A DNA stretch of 64,000 nt from Cyanidioschyzon merolae (lineage: Eukaryota). Numbering within the stretch: the first letter of the stretch is position 1; each line of letters begins with the position of its first letter. Shown here one piece after another: positions 21,212 to 30,689 of the stretch. The stretch lies in the NCBI GenBank assembly GCA_000091205.1, contig AP006489.2; one strand, given 5' to 3'. The notes beneath the pieces were generated by a model, which saw nothing but the letters and a program-made list of their open reading frames with translations, was not told the origin of the DNA and did no database searches. Made by a program: the position numbers and the translations under genes.

Positions 21212-22822
21212 ATGGAAACGAAAAACTGCGGCAAGCATTCGGATTATGAGAGCTCTGAGGAAGACTTTTTCGTTCTTAGTCGAGACGCTCCGGAACTGGA
21301 CGCGGACGTGCTTGCCGGCGAGTGCGAAGCTGTGGGCGCCTCCGACGATGACGCTATGTTTGCAGGACCCTCGTGGGAAGCCAAGACGACGCTTTCTGCA
21401 GCAGCTCGAGAGCGGAGACGACGCCGAAGCTGCCGCTTGTTGGGACGTTACGGGCCAACCTGGGCGGACTTGTCACCTGAACGCGGTAGTGCGTGTCCGA
21501 GCGTTCACGCCCGAATCGCAGCCGCAACCGCTTCAGTCGCGCCAGCGCAACCTGTAGACCGCAATGCACCAGCGGAAGATTCGTGTACGCCCCGTGGGAC
21601 AGCGCAATCAGAAGAAGAACGTGGAACTACGGACGAGTCCGGACGTCGAGTTTATCCGTCACCGGAGGCGAGTTTAGAGCAGTTGCTACGACGACGACGA
21701 CGACCGCTACGGACCGAGCCCGACGTCTGCTCGCAACTCGGTTCTGAACGCACCTCGCAGGCGAGTTTCGGACGAAACGCAGCGAGACCTATGAATGTTG
21801 GTGACAGCTCTAGCGACGAGGATGTCAAGCTCGTCGCAGAGTATCCAGCAGAGTCCGTAGAGCAGCAGTCACGAACAACATCGAATGAAAATCCACCGGT
21901 ATCGCAAGAGCCGATGATCACCGGCCTTTGTCGAGAAAGAGCGATGAACCGGAGAGGATCACAGAGCTCGGGATGCACGGGAACCAGTGGCAACCTGGTT
22001 TCTTCCGAGGAATCTGACGGACGTACACGGGATAAGCACGCGGAAAAGAGCCTGGTCCACCATCAAAACCACCAACAACAACAACAACAACACCAGGTTG
22101 ATATCGAGGCAGCGAGTCGCGATACAGGGCGCAAGACTGCCAGATCTCGACACAACAAATCCGGGGATCGTCGCACGGCCAAAAGCCTTCGCTCCAATCC
22201 AGAAGCCACTCGCCAGGAGACGGTACATGCACCGCTCAACCGACCTATTCCTATACGGATCATGATGCAAGGCATGGAAGAGCCAATGTATTTCACAGTT
22301 TTCCCGTACACCATACTGGATGAGATATTTGCCACATTTGCCCGGATGCACGGATTCGACTGGCACAACGATCCTCTGCATTTCTATCGGGAAGCCGACG
22401 CCACCCTCATATTGAGCGGTACGCGTACCATAGACTTGGCACTCCAAGCTGGCGAAACAATCCGAGCAGTTCTTCGTAGCGGTGAGCTATCGGCTCCCAT
22501 CCAACGGAACGCCTCTACTGCGGTGAATGCTCTTGCGTCATCCACGCGGCGCACGACGACCTCTGCGGGAACAGTAACATGGCTGCGGATTCGCTATAGC
22601 AGCACGGAAGCGCCTCGTTGCTACGCTTTTGCCATGCACGGCCCAGAGGCAGCTCCACTTGGTGTCCTATTCTCTCGCTTCTGCAAAGACGTCGGCATCT
22701 CCGAGAAACAAACACGATTTCTCGACCCCGACGGTGAGCCGCTCGACCCACAGAGCACAGCAGCCGAGGCGGGGCTTGAGCCAGACGACCTAATCGAGGC
22801 TCGCGTCCACAACGTTCCGTAA
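21212..22822 (+). CDS. Rad60/Esc2/NIP45-family protein: acidic/low-complexity N-terminus and two C-terminal SUMO-like domains
   Basis: Two ubiquitin/SUMO-fold-like segments: ..IRIMMQGMEEPMYFTVFPYTILDEIFATFARMHGFDWHNDPLHFYREADATLILSGT.. and ..WLRIRYSSTEAPRCYAFAMHGPEAAPLGVLFSRFCKDVGISEKQTRFLDPDGEPLDPQSTAAEAGLEPDDLIEARV. The second fits the SUMO pattern (RFxFDGExL...TP...GLEDxDxIE). ATG at 21212. (CAA)n and (GAC)n microsatellites lie inside it. Confidence 0.5.
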   Translation: METKNCGKHSDYESSEEDFFVLSRDAPELDADVLAGECEAVGASDDDAMFAGPSWEAKTTLSAAARERRRRRSCRLLGRYGPTWADLSPERGSACPSVHARIAAATASVAPAQPVDRNAPAEDSCTPRGTAQSEEERGTTDESGRRVYPSPEASLEQLLRRRRRPLRTEPDVCSQLGSERTSQASFGRNAARPMNVGDSSSDEDVKLVAEYPAESVEQQSRTTSNENPPVSQEPMITGLCRERAMNRRGSQSSGCTGTSGNLVSSEESDGRTRDKHAEKSLVHHQNHQQQQQQHQVDIEAASRDTGRKTARSRHNKSGDRRTAKSLRSNPEATRQETVHAPLNRPIPIRIMMQGMEEPMYFTVFPYTILDEIFATFARMHGFDWHNDPLHFYREADATLILSGTRTIDLALQAGETIRAVLRSGELSAPIQRNASTAVNALASSTRRTTTSAGTVTWLRIRYSSTEAPRCYAFAMHGPEAAPLGVLFSRFCKDVGISEKQTRFLDPDGEPLDPQSTAAEAGLEPDDLIEARVHNVP

Positions 22823-22852
22823 AGCTCGGCATCCGCAGCTTCCAGCTCGCTA

Positions 22853-23119
22853 TCACTGTACGGATGGAGCACCACCTGCCGCTGGCATGGGTTGGCCCTC
22901 CTGCAACAGCTCTCCAATACGCTGTACGGCGCCCATGTACTTGAAAACGCAGCGATCCACACAGACACCCTCACCAGTTTGCAACTCGCCGTCGTGATAC
23001 CGCGTCACGCACTTGCGGAAGCATGAATCCGTCATTTTTTGAAACAGGTCTGCGTAAAAGCTCATTTCCCTCCGAGCCAAGTCCACGGGGTTTACCCCTG
23101 CAGCAAGTGCACTAGCCAT
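22853..23119 (-). CDS. small Tim (Tim9/10/13 family, twin CX3C) mitochondrial intermembrane-space chaperone
   Basis: The 88-aa product MASALAAGVNPVDLARREMSFYADLFQKMTDSCFRKCVTRYHDGELQTGEGVCVDRCVFKYMG... has the C-x3-C ... C-x3-C spacing typical of small Tims. ATG at 23119 (cat on the plus strand). It lies 31 nt beyond the end of element copy A, in frame with the element ORF. Confidence 0.7.
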   Translation of the reverse strand: MASALAAGVNPVDLARREMSFYADLFQKMTDSCFRKCVTRYHDGELQTGEGVCVDRCVFKYMGAVQRIGELLQEGQPMPAAGGAPSVQ

Positions 23120-23149
23120 TGACACAGCCAACAACAAACGCCTTTGAAA

Positions 23150-25068
23150 AGAAAAACGCTGCCGCCAGTGGTGCACAGTAGTGGCGGCGAACGCGCCCCG
23201 GACAAGCAGTCTCCAGCTGACGGGCAGACGCATCCCAGCCTTGCTGGGCAGGCCACCCACCACTGGTTTCAACTTTTTCTCATATAGTTGGACTTTGAGA
23301 GGTTGTCCAACAAAGTTCTCTCTTGTCTGCTGTGGAGGTCTTTTCTCAATCGCCGCGCATCTCCTTATATTGACGGCGGCGTTAAAGTCTCGGTTCACAA
23401 ACCGCATACGTTTCTTGCCGTCGTTGGTTGTACTTACGAATGCGAGTAGCCCTCGCACTTTTGTTCTCCTCTCCATTTGCACCTCCGGCAGCGGTCCGTA
23501 CTTTGCTATGTCTTCAGGACTCCCCTGGCGCTTTTCCATCTCGACCCTTTGAAGTGTACACTCCAGCTCATGGTGTGTATCGGACGTTCGGAACTCATCT
23601 ATCCGTATCGTAACAAAACGCCGTGCATTCTCCTTGTACGTTCTTGTCGTTGGAGCTGGCGGAGTCCCTTTGTGGGTCTTCCAGCGCCCCACTCCGTATG
23701 CTACTACGAGCCTCTGACTTTCAAGCTCTCTCAAGGCACTCAACTCATTGAAAAATTCGCGAACGCCCGCTGCTGACCACAATACGGATTCATACGCAAA
23801 CGAGCCCACCGGGGCTTTGTATACTCTTCCCACAGCGCCTCCCAAGGAGCAACATGAACATCCATGCATTTCAGAAAAGCTTCAAAGTCCGCTGCGCGGC
23901 TCGTCACCTTGCTCATAGCTTCCAGGTGCTTCTTCAATCCAGCATTCTCTATCTCGATTTTCTTCCTTGCATTCATTATACCGGATTCTCGGTAGTATCT
24001 CGCTCTCGAGAACCTCAAACGACGCATGTCGTTCTGACGTAATTTACTGTGCGTACCGTATTCCGCACGCTGGGGTACTGCGATGGTTATGATATTTGTG
24101 TTTCCGGGGTCCGCGCCAACGACAAAGTCGTTATTCTCTACCTCTTGCGTCGCAGGATCCTCCTCTTTGTTTTCCTCATGCTTCGCCGCGCCAACGACAA
24201 GGTCGTTATCCTCTACCTCCTGCGTCGCAGGACCCGCCTTCTCCTTGTCTTCATCCTTCGTGACGGGCGCAGCCGAGGGAGGGACTGGCCGGGCTCTCTT
24301 CAACCGCCGATAGTGTATACACAAGGCTACTCCATCGGTTTCAATCATCAAAGTGAACAATTTTTGCTTGCTCACTCTCAAACGTTTAAAATTGAAGATA
24401 TTCTTCCAGTACGTCTCCCGGTTCTCGCCGGCGAAGTCCTCCCTGCTAACGTTGAACTCCGAACAGATCTCCTTCATGATGCCATGAAGGATTCCGGAGT
24501 CGATAGTCCCAAAATGTGACTTGATATTGGACAATGGGACCACGTTGAAGCGCTTCCCCATTAGGAAATCCTTCCGTCTCTCCCACTCTTCATTTGTCTC
24601 TTCACGCAGCATCACCGCTGCCTTGGCTTCGAGCTCTCGGTCCAGAAACACGAAATAGCACAGAATGAGGCGATCGTATCTTTCCTGATCTTTGCTCAAC
24701 TCTGATACCTTGTCTGTTGGATTCGGTAGCCCCAGTACCGCACGATGCTCTTGTATAACCGTACGGATCGCAGAAGCTTCATTCGTGCTCACTTTTGACG
24801 CCTTCTTGTCGACAAATTCGACCTCATCTTCACGCTTGCGATCTTTCATGATGCCATTGATAATCGTCCATTTTCCATTGCGAGAGATGCGCGGGTAGAG
24901 TGCAACCACGGCGCGTATCATGAAACGTTCGAGGTCCATTGTCAAATGGTTCTTCAGGTCCGTGAGGTACTTCTTCGCCCCGTAGGTGTACATATCCCGG
25001 TCACCCTTGTAGCGAGTACCCTCGAAGCTGTAAAAGGGGTGTTTTTCGTGGAGGGTATGCACTAGCAC
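23150..25068 (-). pseudogene. TnpB/Fanzor-like RuvC nuclease, disrupted copy
   Basis: Same protein as copy B, but the ATG of copy B is AGG here (tgatgg versus tgaggg), leaving no in-frame ATG. A 1-bp deletion in a T-run (gcgaatttttcaatgag versus gcgaattttttcaatgag in copy B, near 23756) splits the reading frame into ORFs 23740..25068 and 22853..23869. Confidence 0.65.
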
Positions 25069-26301
25069 ATTTTCCCTCCGCGTGTTCCCTGCGCCAACCC
25101 TCAGGTGACGAATAAAGGTTGCCGAAAACTCCCTCTGGAATCTCGACTGTTTCCATGTGCGTCACATCGCGATACATCTCCCTCGCCAAATGCATCAGTC
25201 CTGACGACGCCCTGGCAATACGCTTGGAGTACGACTAGGCACGTTTTTTGATGGCGCCTCGCAACTTTTCCCTGTACGAATCCTTGATATGTCCAAGAAG
25301 ACCGGCTTTCACTACCATTTCGTCGTACAGGTGTCTTTCTTGCCGCCTTCGACGTAGGGCCTCCCCTCTTCGGTCCTTCTTATCTTCCTTTTTTTCCGGA
25401 CTCGGCACTGTTTTTTGTTTTTTTTCTCTGGCAGCCGGCGACCCTGGGCCTCCAGGATCGTCGACTTGCTTTTTCATAACTTTCCTTTTTTAGATTTTTT
25501 TGAAAAAGAACGTTCTTTGAACGCTTCTGTTATATACTGCGAAAAAACGCTTGAATACACTTGTTTGAGGTTTGAAACACAATTGAAATCAAAACTATAC
25601 TTGGATATGAAGCTCACGAAAATCTGACTTTTACAGCTGAACGACACGCAACTGATCAAGATCGCGTTTCCCTTCAACGGCGGCGGCATGCGCGTCGTGC
25701 CAGTTGACTACTGCCAGCTCTGCCAGATGCACTCACTGACCGCGATGCGTGCACCGCGCGAGACGCTACACGGATCGATGAAGGACACGTGTCCGACGTC
25801 GCATTAGCACATGCGTGTTCTCACCGACGCACTGCAGCGGAAATCAGGTGTCCTAGATCGGAAACTCACGTAGAGTGATCCCCTGCGCTAGGCTCTGTCG
25901 CTGGTGCCGAAACTACTGCCCATCGCCGTACTACCCTAGCATACAAGGGGATGCTGGGGCCTGGCACAAAACTCAGCGATGACTCCAGCACACGCGTAGC
26001 CATCGTAGCATCTTGCGCTTTTGTGGGTAAGGCATGCATCAACCTAGTCATTAGGAGTTTCGATAGTTGTATTTATCGTACACAAACTAGGTGTAGTCGT
26101 GTACCCGAGTACGAATAATATACGTTTATTCCCGATTCTTGTTATGCATGCCGCACGGACGCTGGAATGAGGAACAGATTTGAATTCTGCTTTTATCCGG
26201 CGTCATCGGCGGGCACTGATGACAGTTCAGTATATTGCCATGCTGCCGTCGTTGTCTAACTTATGGTGTCTGCTTCGTTCGAAGGATCCGGTGATCTTGG
26301 T
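23150..26301 (-). mobile_element. TnpB/Fanzor-like nuclease element, copy A (inverted relative to copy B; decayed)
   Basis: The whole region is mirrored at 36619-39787 on the opposite strand; protein-level differences are ~10/650. Outer (3') boundary: identity with copy B ends after ..cagcgtttttcttt at 23150. Inner (5') boundary: high identity ends ~26301 (gcgatgcctc..), then ~70% similarity continues for ~140 bp more. A 1.2-kb AT-richer leader sits upstream of the ORF. Confidence 0.7.
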
Positions 26302-26614
26302 AGAGGCATCGCACACATGTAGCGTGCATATGTAGCACCGCGTTCGACCGACGCATTTCGCCCGGAACGATCGAGGCACCAGCAGCACAAGGCGCTGCAC
26401 CGACCTGAAGGACGGGCGGAGAGGCCCGGCAAGAGTAAATATTGTATAAAGTAGCATATTTAGGAATCTATATGATCCATTTTGCATACGCTGCACGAAA
26501 CGCTTGTCGCACTTGCGAACGCTTTGCAAGCGCTATCCGACAGCGCGTTTCAAGGGCGAACGCGTGCGTCTCGACGTAAAACCCACTGTGTGGAGGCGCT
26601 AGGAGCGCTCTAGA

Positions 26615-28084
26615 ATGCAGTCGCTCGTTGGATCCACTGCAAATAGAGACCCGGATGGCGTGGCAGAAGAGGCGAGACCTGGACACGTTGGTTTCGATCC
26701 GCAGCGCCCCTCGTTCTGTCTACAAGGGGAACGCGAGAAAATCGACGCTGAACGGGCACGGGCTCTCTTCACACCGCTTCGAGATGCAAGCATCGCAACA
26801 ACCTCGGGAACAGAAGCTGATCCGAGCTTTGAACGAGTGTCGCTTTCGGGCAAGTCATTCGATGTAGAGGCGGCGGGCGTTGCTGCGGAGCATATTGCGC
26901 TGTTACGACCTGGTTCGGTGCGGTACCTACAACTGGCGGATGTGATTGCTGGCCAGTCCGAAATCGAGGCCCTGCAGGTGCTGGAGTTGCTCGCAGCAGC
27001 GTTCGCTGCTCATCAAGTGGTAGAGCTGGACCTCAGTGACAATGCACTGGGCGCTAAAGGTGTTCGAGCGTGCGCAGCGCTGTTCCAGCGCTCGGAACGG
27101 CTCGAAAGCCTGATCCTCTGTAACAACGGCCTCGCTGCAGACGCGATCAAGCTCATTGTGGACGCGTTGACGGGATCCGAAAAACGTGTATACCTCAAAA
27201 AACTACATCTCTTCAACAATCTATTGAAAGACGAGGGTGCCCTCGCTTTGGTGCCGCTTATCGAGCGAGCACCACTGTTGGAGGATTTCCGTTTCGCCTC
27301 GCTGCGGGTCTCTCGAGGCGGGAGCATTGCCGTGGCTGAAGCTCTGACCCGCGTAGCGCCAACGCTTAGACGCCTCGATATGACCGATAATGTTATCGGC
27401 AAGGACGGCGCGAAAGCGCTTGCCCAGCTCCTCGAACAACAGACGCACCTCGAGGAATTGTACCTGCGAGATTGCCTGCTCACCGATGCGGGTGCACGCT
27501 GTATTTTAGAGGCACTCATGCGACAGACGGAGCAACCGCGCCTTCGCGTACTGGACTTGTCAGGAAACGAGCTCATCGGCGCCGCAACTGGTTCACTGTT
27601 AGGCAAATTCCTTGAACATTGCGCCCCGACGCTAACACATCTGCGCCTCGACGAGAACGAACTGGGTGACGGGGGGGCACTTGCGATCGCCAATGCATTG
27701 GCCAGGGATCCGCAGCGTTTTCGACTCGTTGAACTCTCACTATATCTGAACGATATTGGCGGCCGCGCTGCTTTCATGCTCGTCCAGCGCTGTGTTCGGA
27801 TTGCAAGTATGTGCGTCTTGAATCTGAACGGGAATCGTCTGGGATGCATCGCGCTAGAGCACATAGAGCGACTGGTTGCTGGTACACCTCTTGCATCCAG
27901 TTTTGTGGATCTGGACGAAAACAATGAATCCGAGGACGAAGATGCCACCTCCGATATCTTCCAGCAACTCCGCATCGTGGAGGGATCAGACTCGGCCGAA
28001 GCCGAAGCCGAAGCCGACGCAATCACCGCACAGTTGCACGATCTGCAGGTCACCACAGCACCCAATGCCAGCGAGGCGTCGTGA
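26615..28084 (+). CDS. RanGAP-like leucine-rich-repeat protein (RNI-type LRRs followed by an acidic tail)
   Basis: Repeated RNI-type LRR units (LDLSDNALGAKGVRACAALF.., LILCNNGLAADAIKLIVDAL.., LDMTDNVIGKDGAKALAQLL.., LDLSGNELIGAATGSLLGKF.., LRLDENELGDGGALAIANAL..) followed by an acidic stretch DENNESEDEDATSD...AEAEAEADA, as in Ran GTPase-activating proteins. ATG at 26615. Confidence 0.55.
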   Translation: MQSLVGSTANRDPDGVAEEARPGHVGFDPQRPSFCLQGEREKIDAERARALFTPLRDASIATTSGTEADPSFERVSLSGKSFDVEAAGVAAEHIALLRPGSVRYLQLADVIAGQSEIEALQVLELLAAAFAAHQVVELDLSDNALGAKGVRACAALFQRSERLESLILCNNGLAADAIKLIVDALTGSEKRVYLKKLHLFNNLLKDEGALALVPLIERAPLLEDFRFASLRVSRGGSIAVAEALTRVAPTLRRLDMTDNVIGKDGAKALAQLLEQQTHLEELYLRDCLLTDAGARCILEALMRQTEQPRLRVLDLSGNELIGAATGSLLGKFLEHCAPTLTHLRLDENELGDGGALAIANALARDPQRFRLVELSLYLNDIGGRAAFMLVQRCVRIASMCVLNLNGNRLGCIALEHIERLVAGTPLASSFVDLDENNESEDEDATSDIFQQLRIVEGSDSAEAEAEADAITAQLHDLQVTTAPNASEAS

Positions 28085-28298
28085 TCCTGAAAACAAAGCG
28101 AACGAGTCAGCTATGAACTGAACGATACACCTGGAGCGCACTCCAGCATTTCGCTTTACATCCCTTCATGGTGCGGGTAACGCACCGCCAGCGACGGCGG
28201 TAGCTCAGTGCGAGCGCTGGCGCCTCGAATCCACGCGACTTCCAGAGAGGGAGAGGGCGCGCGCGATGCCGTACCCCTCGGCAACCAGAGCGTCCCGC

Positions 28299-30689
28299 TT
28301 ACCAGATAAAGTCGCCAAGTTGATGCCGCTGTCGATGATGGACGTGATATTCACGGATACCCGATTCGGTGCCGACCATCAGTGAGGACCCGTGTCGCGC
28401 GAATCCCAGACCAGCGATATGTTCCTCCTGCTCTTGCCACGGTGAGCCTCTTCTGCTCGCTTCGTCGGAACGACCCGCGCTTGAGAGGTTGATGGTCTGT
28501 ACTTGGTCGCCATAGGTTCTGGCACAGGCAATGTGTACGTATTTTTGATGCTCAGCAAAAACCAAAAGATCAACGTCGGCCTCTGCGGGGGAGAACTTCA
28601 CTGAGCGGCATGCACTACGGATCGGGAACAGCGACTGGGTATAGTAGCGGACCAGCGGCTTGTTGAGAAAACGTGTATCCCATACACAGCACGTGCCGTC
28701 CTGGCTTGCGACTGCAAACTGCCGACCCGATGGATGCCAGGCAGCAGAGATGCCGGCATCCAGGGCCTCGCGCAGGGTGGTATGAAGACGAAACCCACCC
28801 CCCGTGCTTGGCGATAAGGAGTCGAAGAGGAAAACCTCAGCGCTATCGCCCACAGCGAGCAGTCGCTTCGCGTCCGGTGAGACAGCTGTGTAGTTGATAT
28901 TTGTGGAACAGCGAATAACCTGGTCGGGTTCTAAGGTTCGTGCGCGGCGCTGTGATGCAAGCGTTGATGACGGTAATCCAGATGAAGCTGAATGTGCATC
29001 GTTTGTGGTGGACGCGACGTGACCTTCCCGCACGCGTTCCAGATCAAAGATTTTCACTGATTCATCGTTCGTTGATACCAGCAGGTATCGCGGAAGAGCG
29101 CCTGACCACGCTGTGGTCGGTGCGTCCCATGATGTTGCCTCCAGATACCAAGACTGCGTTCGTGCCGCGTCTGCCGGTGTCGGCGCCATGGTAAGCGCAT
29201 TGTTCACCACACCGGCTCGCAGCTCGCCACAGAGCAACGTTGTGCAGTGTACTGAATCCGTAACTTCTGCCGTCCGACCCAGATGCGGGCCCCAAAACCC
29301 GCTCTGTTCAACAGCCAAGTCGTACTGTTGGTATCCCCAACGATATGAACCCTCTAGCTCTCGAGTTATGTGAGCGGGTGTCCGCTCCACTCGGCGGTTG
29401 AGATATGAGTCGTCGTCGTCGTCGTCGGTTAGATTTTCCCCCTCTTGCGGGTATGCGTCTGGTGAGCCATCATGATCAGCTTGGATGCCCTCGCTTGCAA
29501 TGTGATTCAGGTGCCCAACTACCAGCTGACCACCTTGTCCGCCCACAGCAACGTACGGTTCCATGACGCATAGGCTTGTTGGCCAGAACGAATATTTTTG
29601 AAGTCTTTGCGAGCGGTAGCGCTTGTCTGTGGGAGCAGGCGACATCTCTCGCTCCGTTGGCATACTTGCCGATGGAGGACGCCTCAATGCAGATGGATGC
29701 GTGCTTGTTTCGAGTTGTCTACTCGAACGCTGCCAAGAATCTTGATTCAGCAAGGCGGTCGTGCGCCCAGAAGGCTCCAATCGAGGTCGCGGGTCCATCG
29801 CCTGCCGTGGATCTGCCGAGCGCCTTGATCGCGACCTTGCGGGCACCGTACGATAGTTATTCACTCCTGATTCTCTATCCTGGACAGATACAGGGCCAGT
29901 GCCGCCAACCCGAACGAGCCGAATACGAGTGTCTGCGCTAGGTGCTTCGCGGATCAATTGCGTAAGCATGCGCGCACTCTGCTCCAACTCCAAACGTAAA
30001 AGCTCATCGATCTGCGAACCCGCGAGCATCGTGGCGGCTTCGGCGCCAGTGAGTGGCATGAACAGCGGCAGAACACTCGCGTCTGGCTCGCTGTTCGCGC
30101 CTGCGGTGGAGCGTCGCGGACTGCGGTCACGTCGATCACTTGGAATCCTTCCCGCGGTGGCAGTACGCGTGGGCACGGGCAGGTATGCGGAGCTCACGTC
30201 GTTGTCGTCAGCATCGTCCCAGAGGTGAGATGCGTCATGAAACTCTGGCAGGTTGGCTCGCGCTGTCTCACCAGCATCTGCACGTCTCTGACGCTCTCGC
30301 AGTTCTCTCCGCAAAAGAAAAAGGTAGCGCTCACGAGCAAGGCTTTCGAGGGCATCGCGAACCCGGCTAGCTACACGTGCGCCAGCCGGGAGCGCCGCCG
30401 CTCGGACACTAGCTGTGTCTCCTTCTTGAGCTAGCGTGTGCCAGTACTTCAAGTCCAGCCGCCGAAGCGACCCCTCTGACACAAAGTACACAAACCGTCC
30501 CGTACCGAATGGATACGAAGGCACGTGAAGCAAGTCCCGCAGTTGCCAGTGCTGGATAGTACACGGCTCGTCGTAGAAGAGACAGGGCGAAACGGAAACA
30601 AAGTCAGCGGAGCTGTTAGCCGCGTTCTTGGTTACGACTCTCCAGACAGCACCAACTTCGGTCTCCGTCGGTGCCCCTGGAATCGTCAT
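28299..30689 (-). CDS. WD40-repeat protein (unknown family)
   Basis: ~800-aa ORF. The C-terminal half has WD-like units (..ISAAWHPSGRQFAVASQDGTCCVWDTRF.., ..SVKFSPAEADVDLLVFAEHQKYVHIA..). The track start is TTG at 30713; the first ATG (MTIPGAPTE) is at 30689. Confidence 0.5.
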   Translation of the reverse strand: MTIPGAPTETEVGAVWRVVTKNAANSSADFVSVSPCLFYDEPCTIQHWQLRDLLHVPSYPFGTGRFVYFVSEGSLRRLDLKYWHTLAQEGDTASVRAAALPAGARVASRVRDALESLARERYLFLLRRELRERQRRADAGETARANLPEFHDASHLWDDADDNDVSSAYLPVPTRTATAGRIPSDRRDRSPRRSTAGANSEPDASVLPLFMPLTGAEAATMLAGSQIDELLRLELEQSARMLTQLIREAPSADTRIRLVRVGGTGPVSVQDRESGVNNYRTVPARSRSRRSADPRQAMDPRPRLEPSGRTTALLNQDSWQRSSRQLETSTHPSALRRPPSASMPTEREMSPAPTDKRYRSQRLQKYSFWPTSLCVMEPYVAVGGQGGQLVVGHLNHIASEGIQADHDGSPDAYPQEGENLTDDDDDDSYLNRRVERTPAHITRELEGSYRWGYQQYDLAVEQSGFWGPHLGRTAEVTDSVHCTTLLCGELRAGVVNNALTMAPTPADAARTQSWYLEATSWDAPTTAWSGALPRYLLVSTNDESVKIFDLERVREGHVASTTNDAHSASSGLPSSTLASQRRARTLEPDQVIRCSTNINYTAVSPDAKRLLAVGDSAEVFLFDSLSPSTGGGFRLHTTLREALDAGISAAWHPSGRQFAVASQDGTCCVWDTRFLNKPLVRYYTQSLFPIRSACRSVKFSPAEADVDLLVFAEHQKYVHIACARTYGDQVQTINLSSAGRSDEASRRGSPWQEQEEHIAGLGFARHGSSLMVGTESGIREYHVHHRQRHQLGDFIW

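Noticed and set aside
28190-28245. tRNA-like motif ggcggtagctcagtgcgagcgctggcgcctcgaatccacgcg (D-arm-like TAGCTCAGT..GAGCG and T-loop-like TCGAATCC)
   Set aside because: Only ~17 nt separate the D-arm-like and T-arm-like parts. That leaves no room for an anticodon stem-loop, and a cloverleaf cannot be drawn. It is at best a degenerate fragment.
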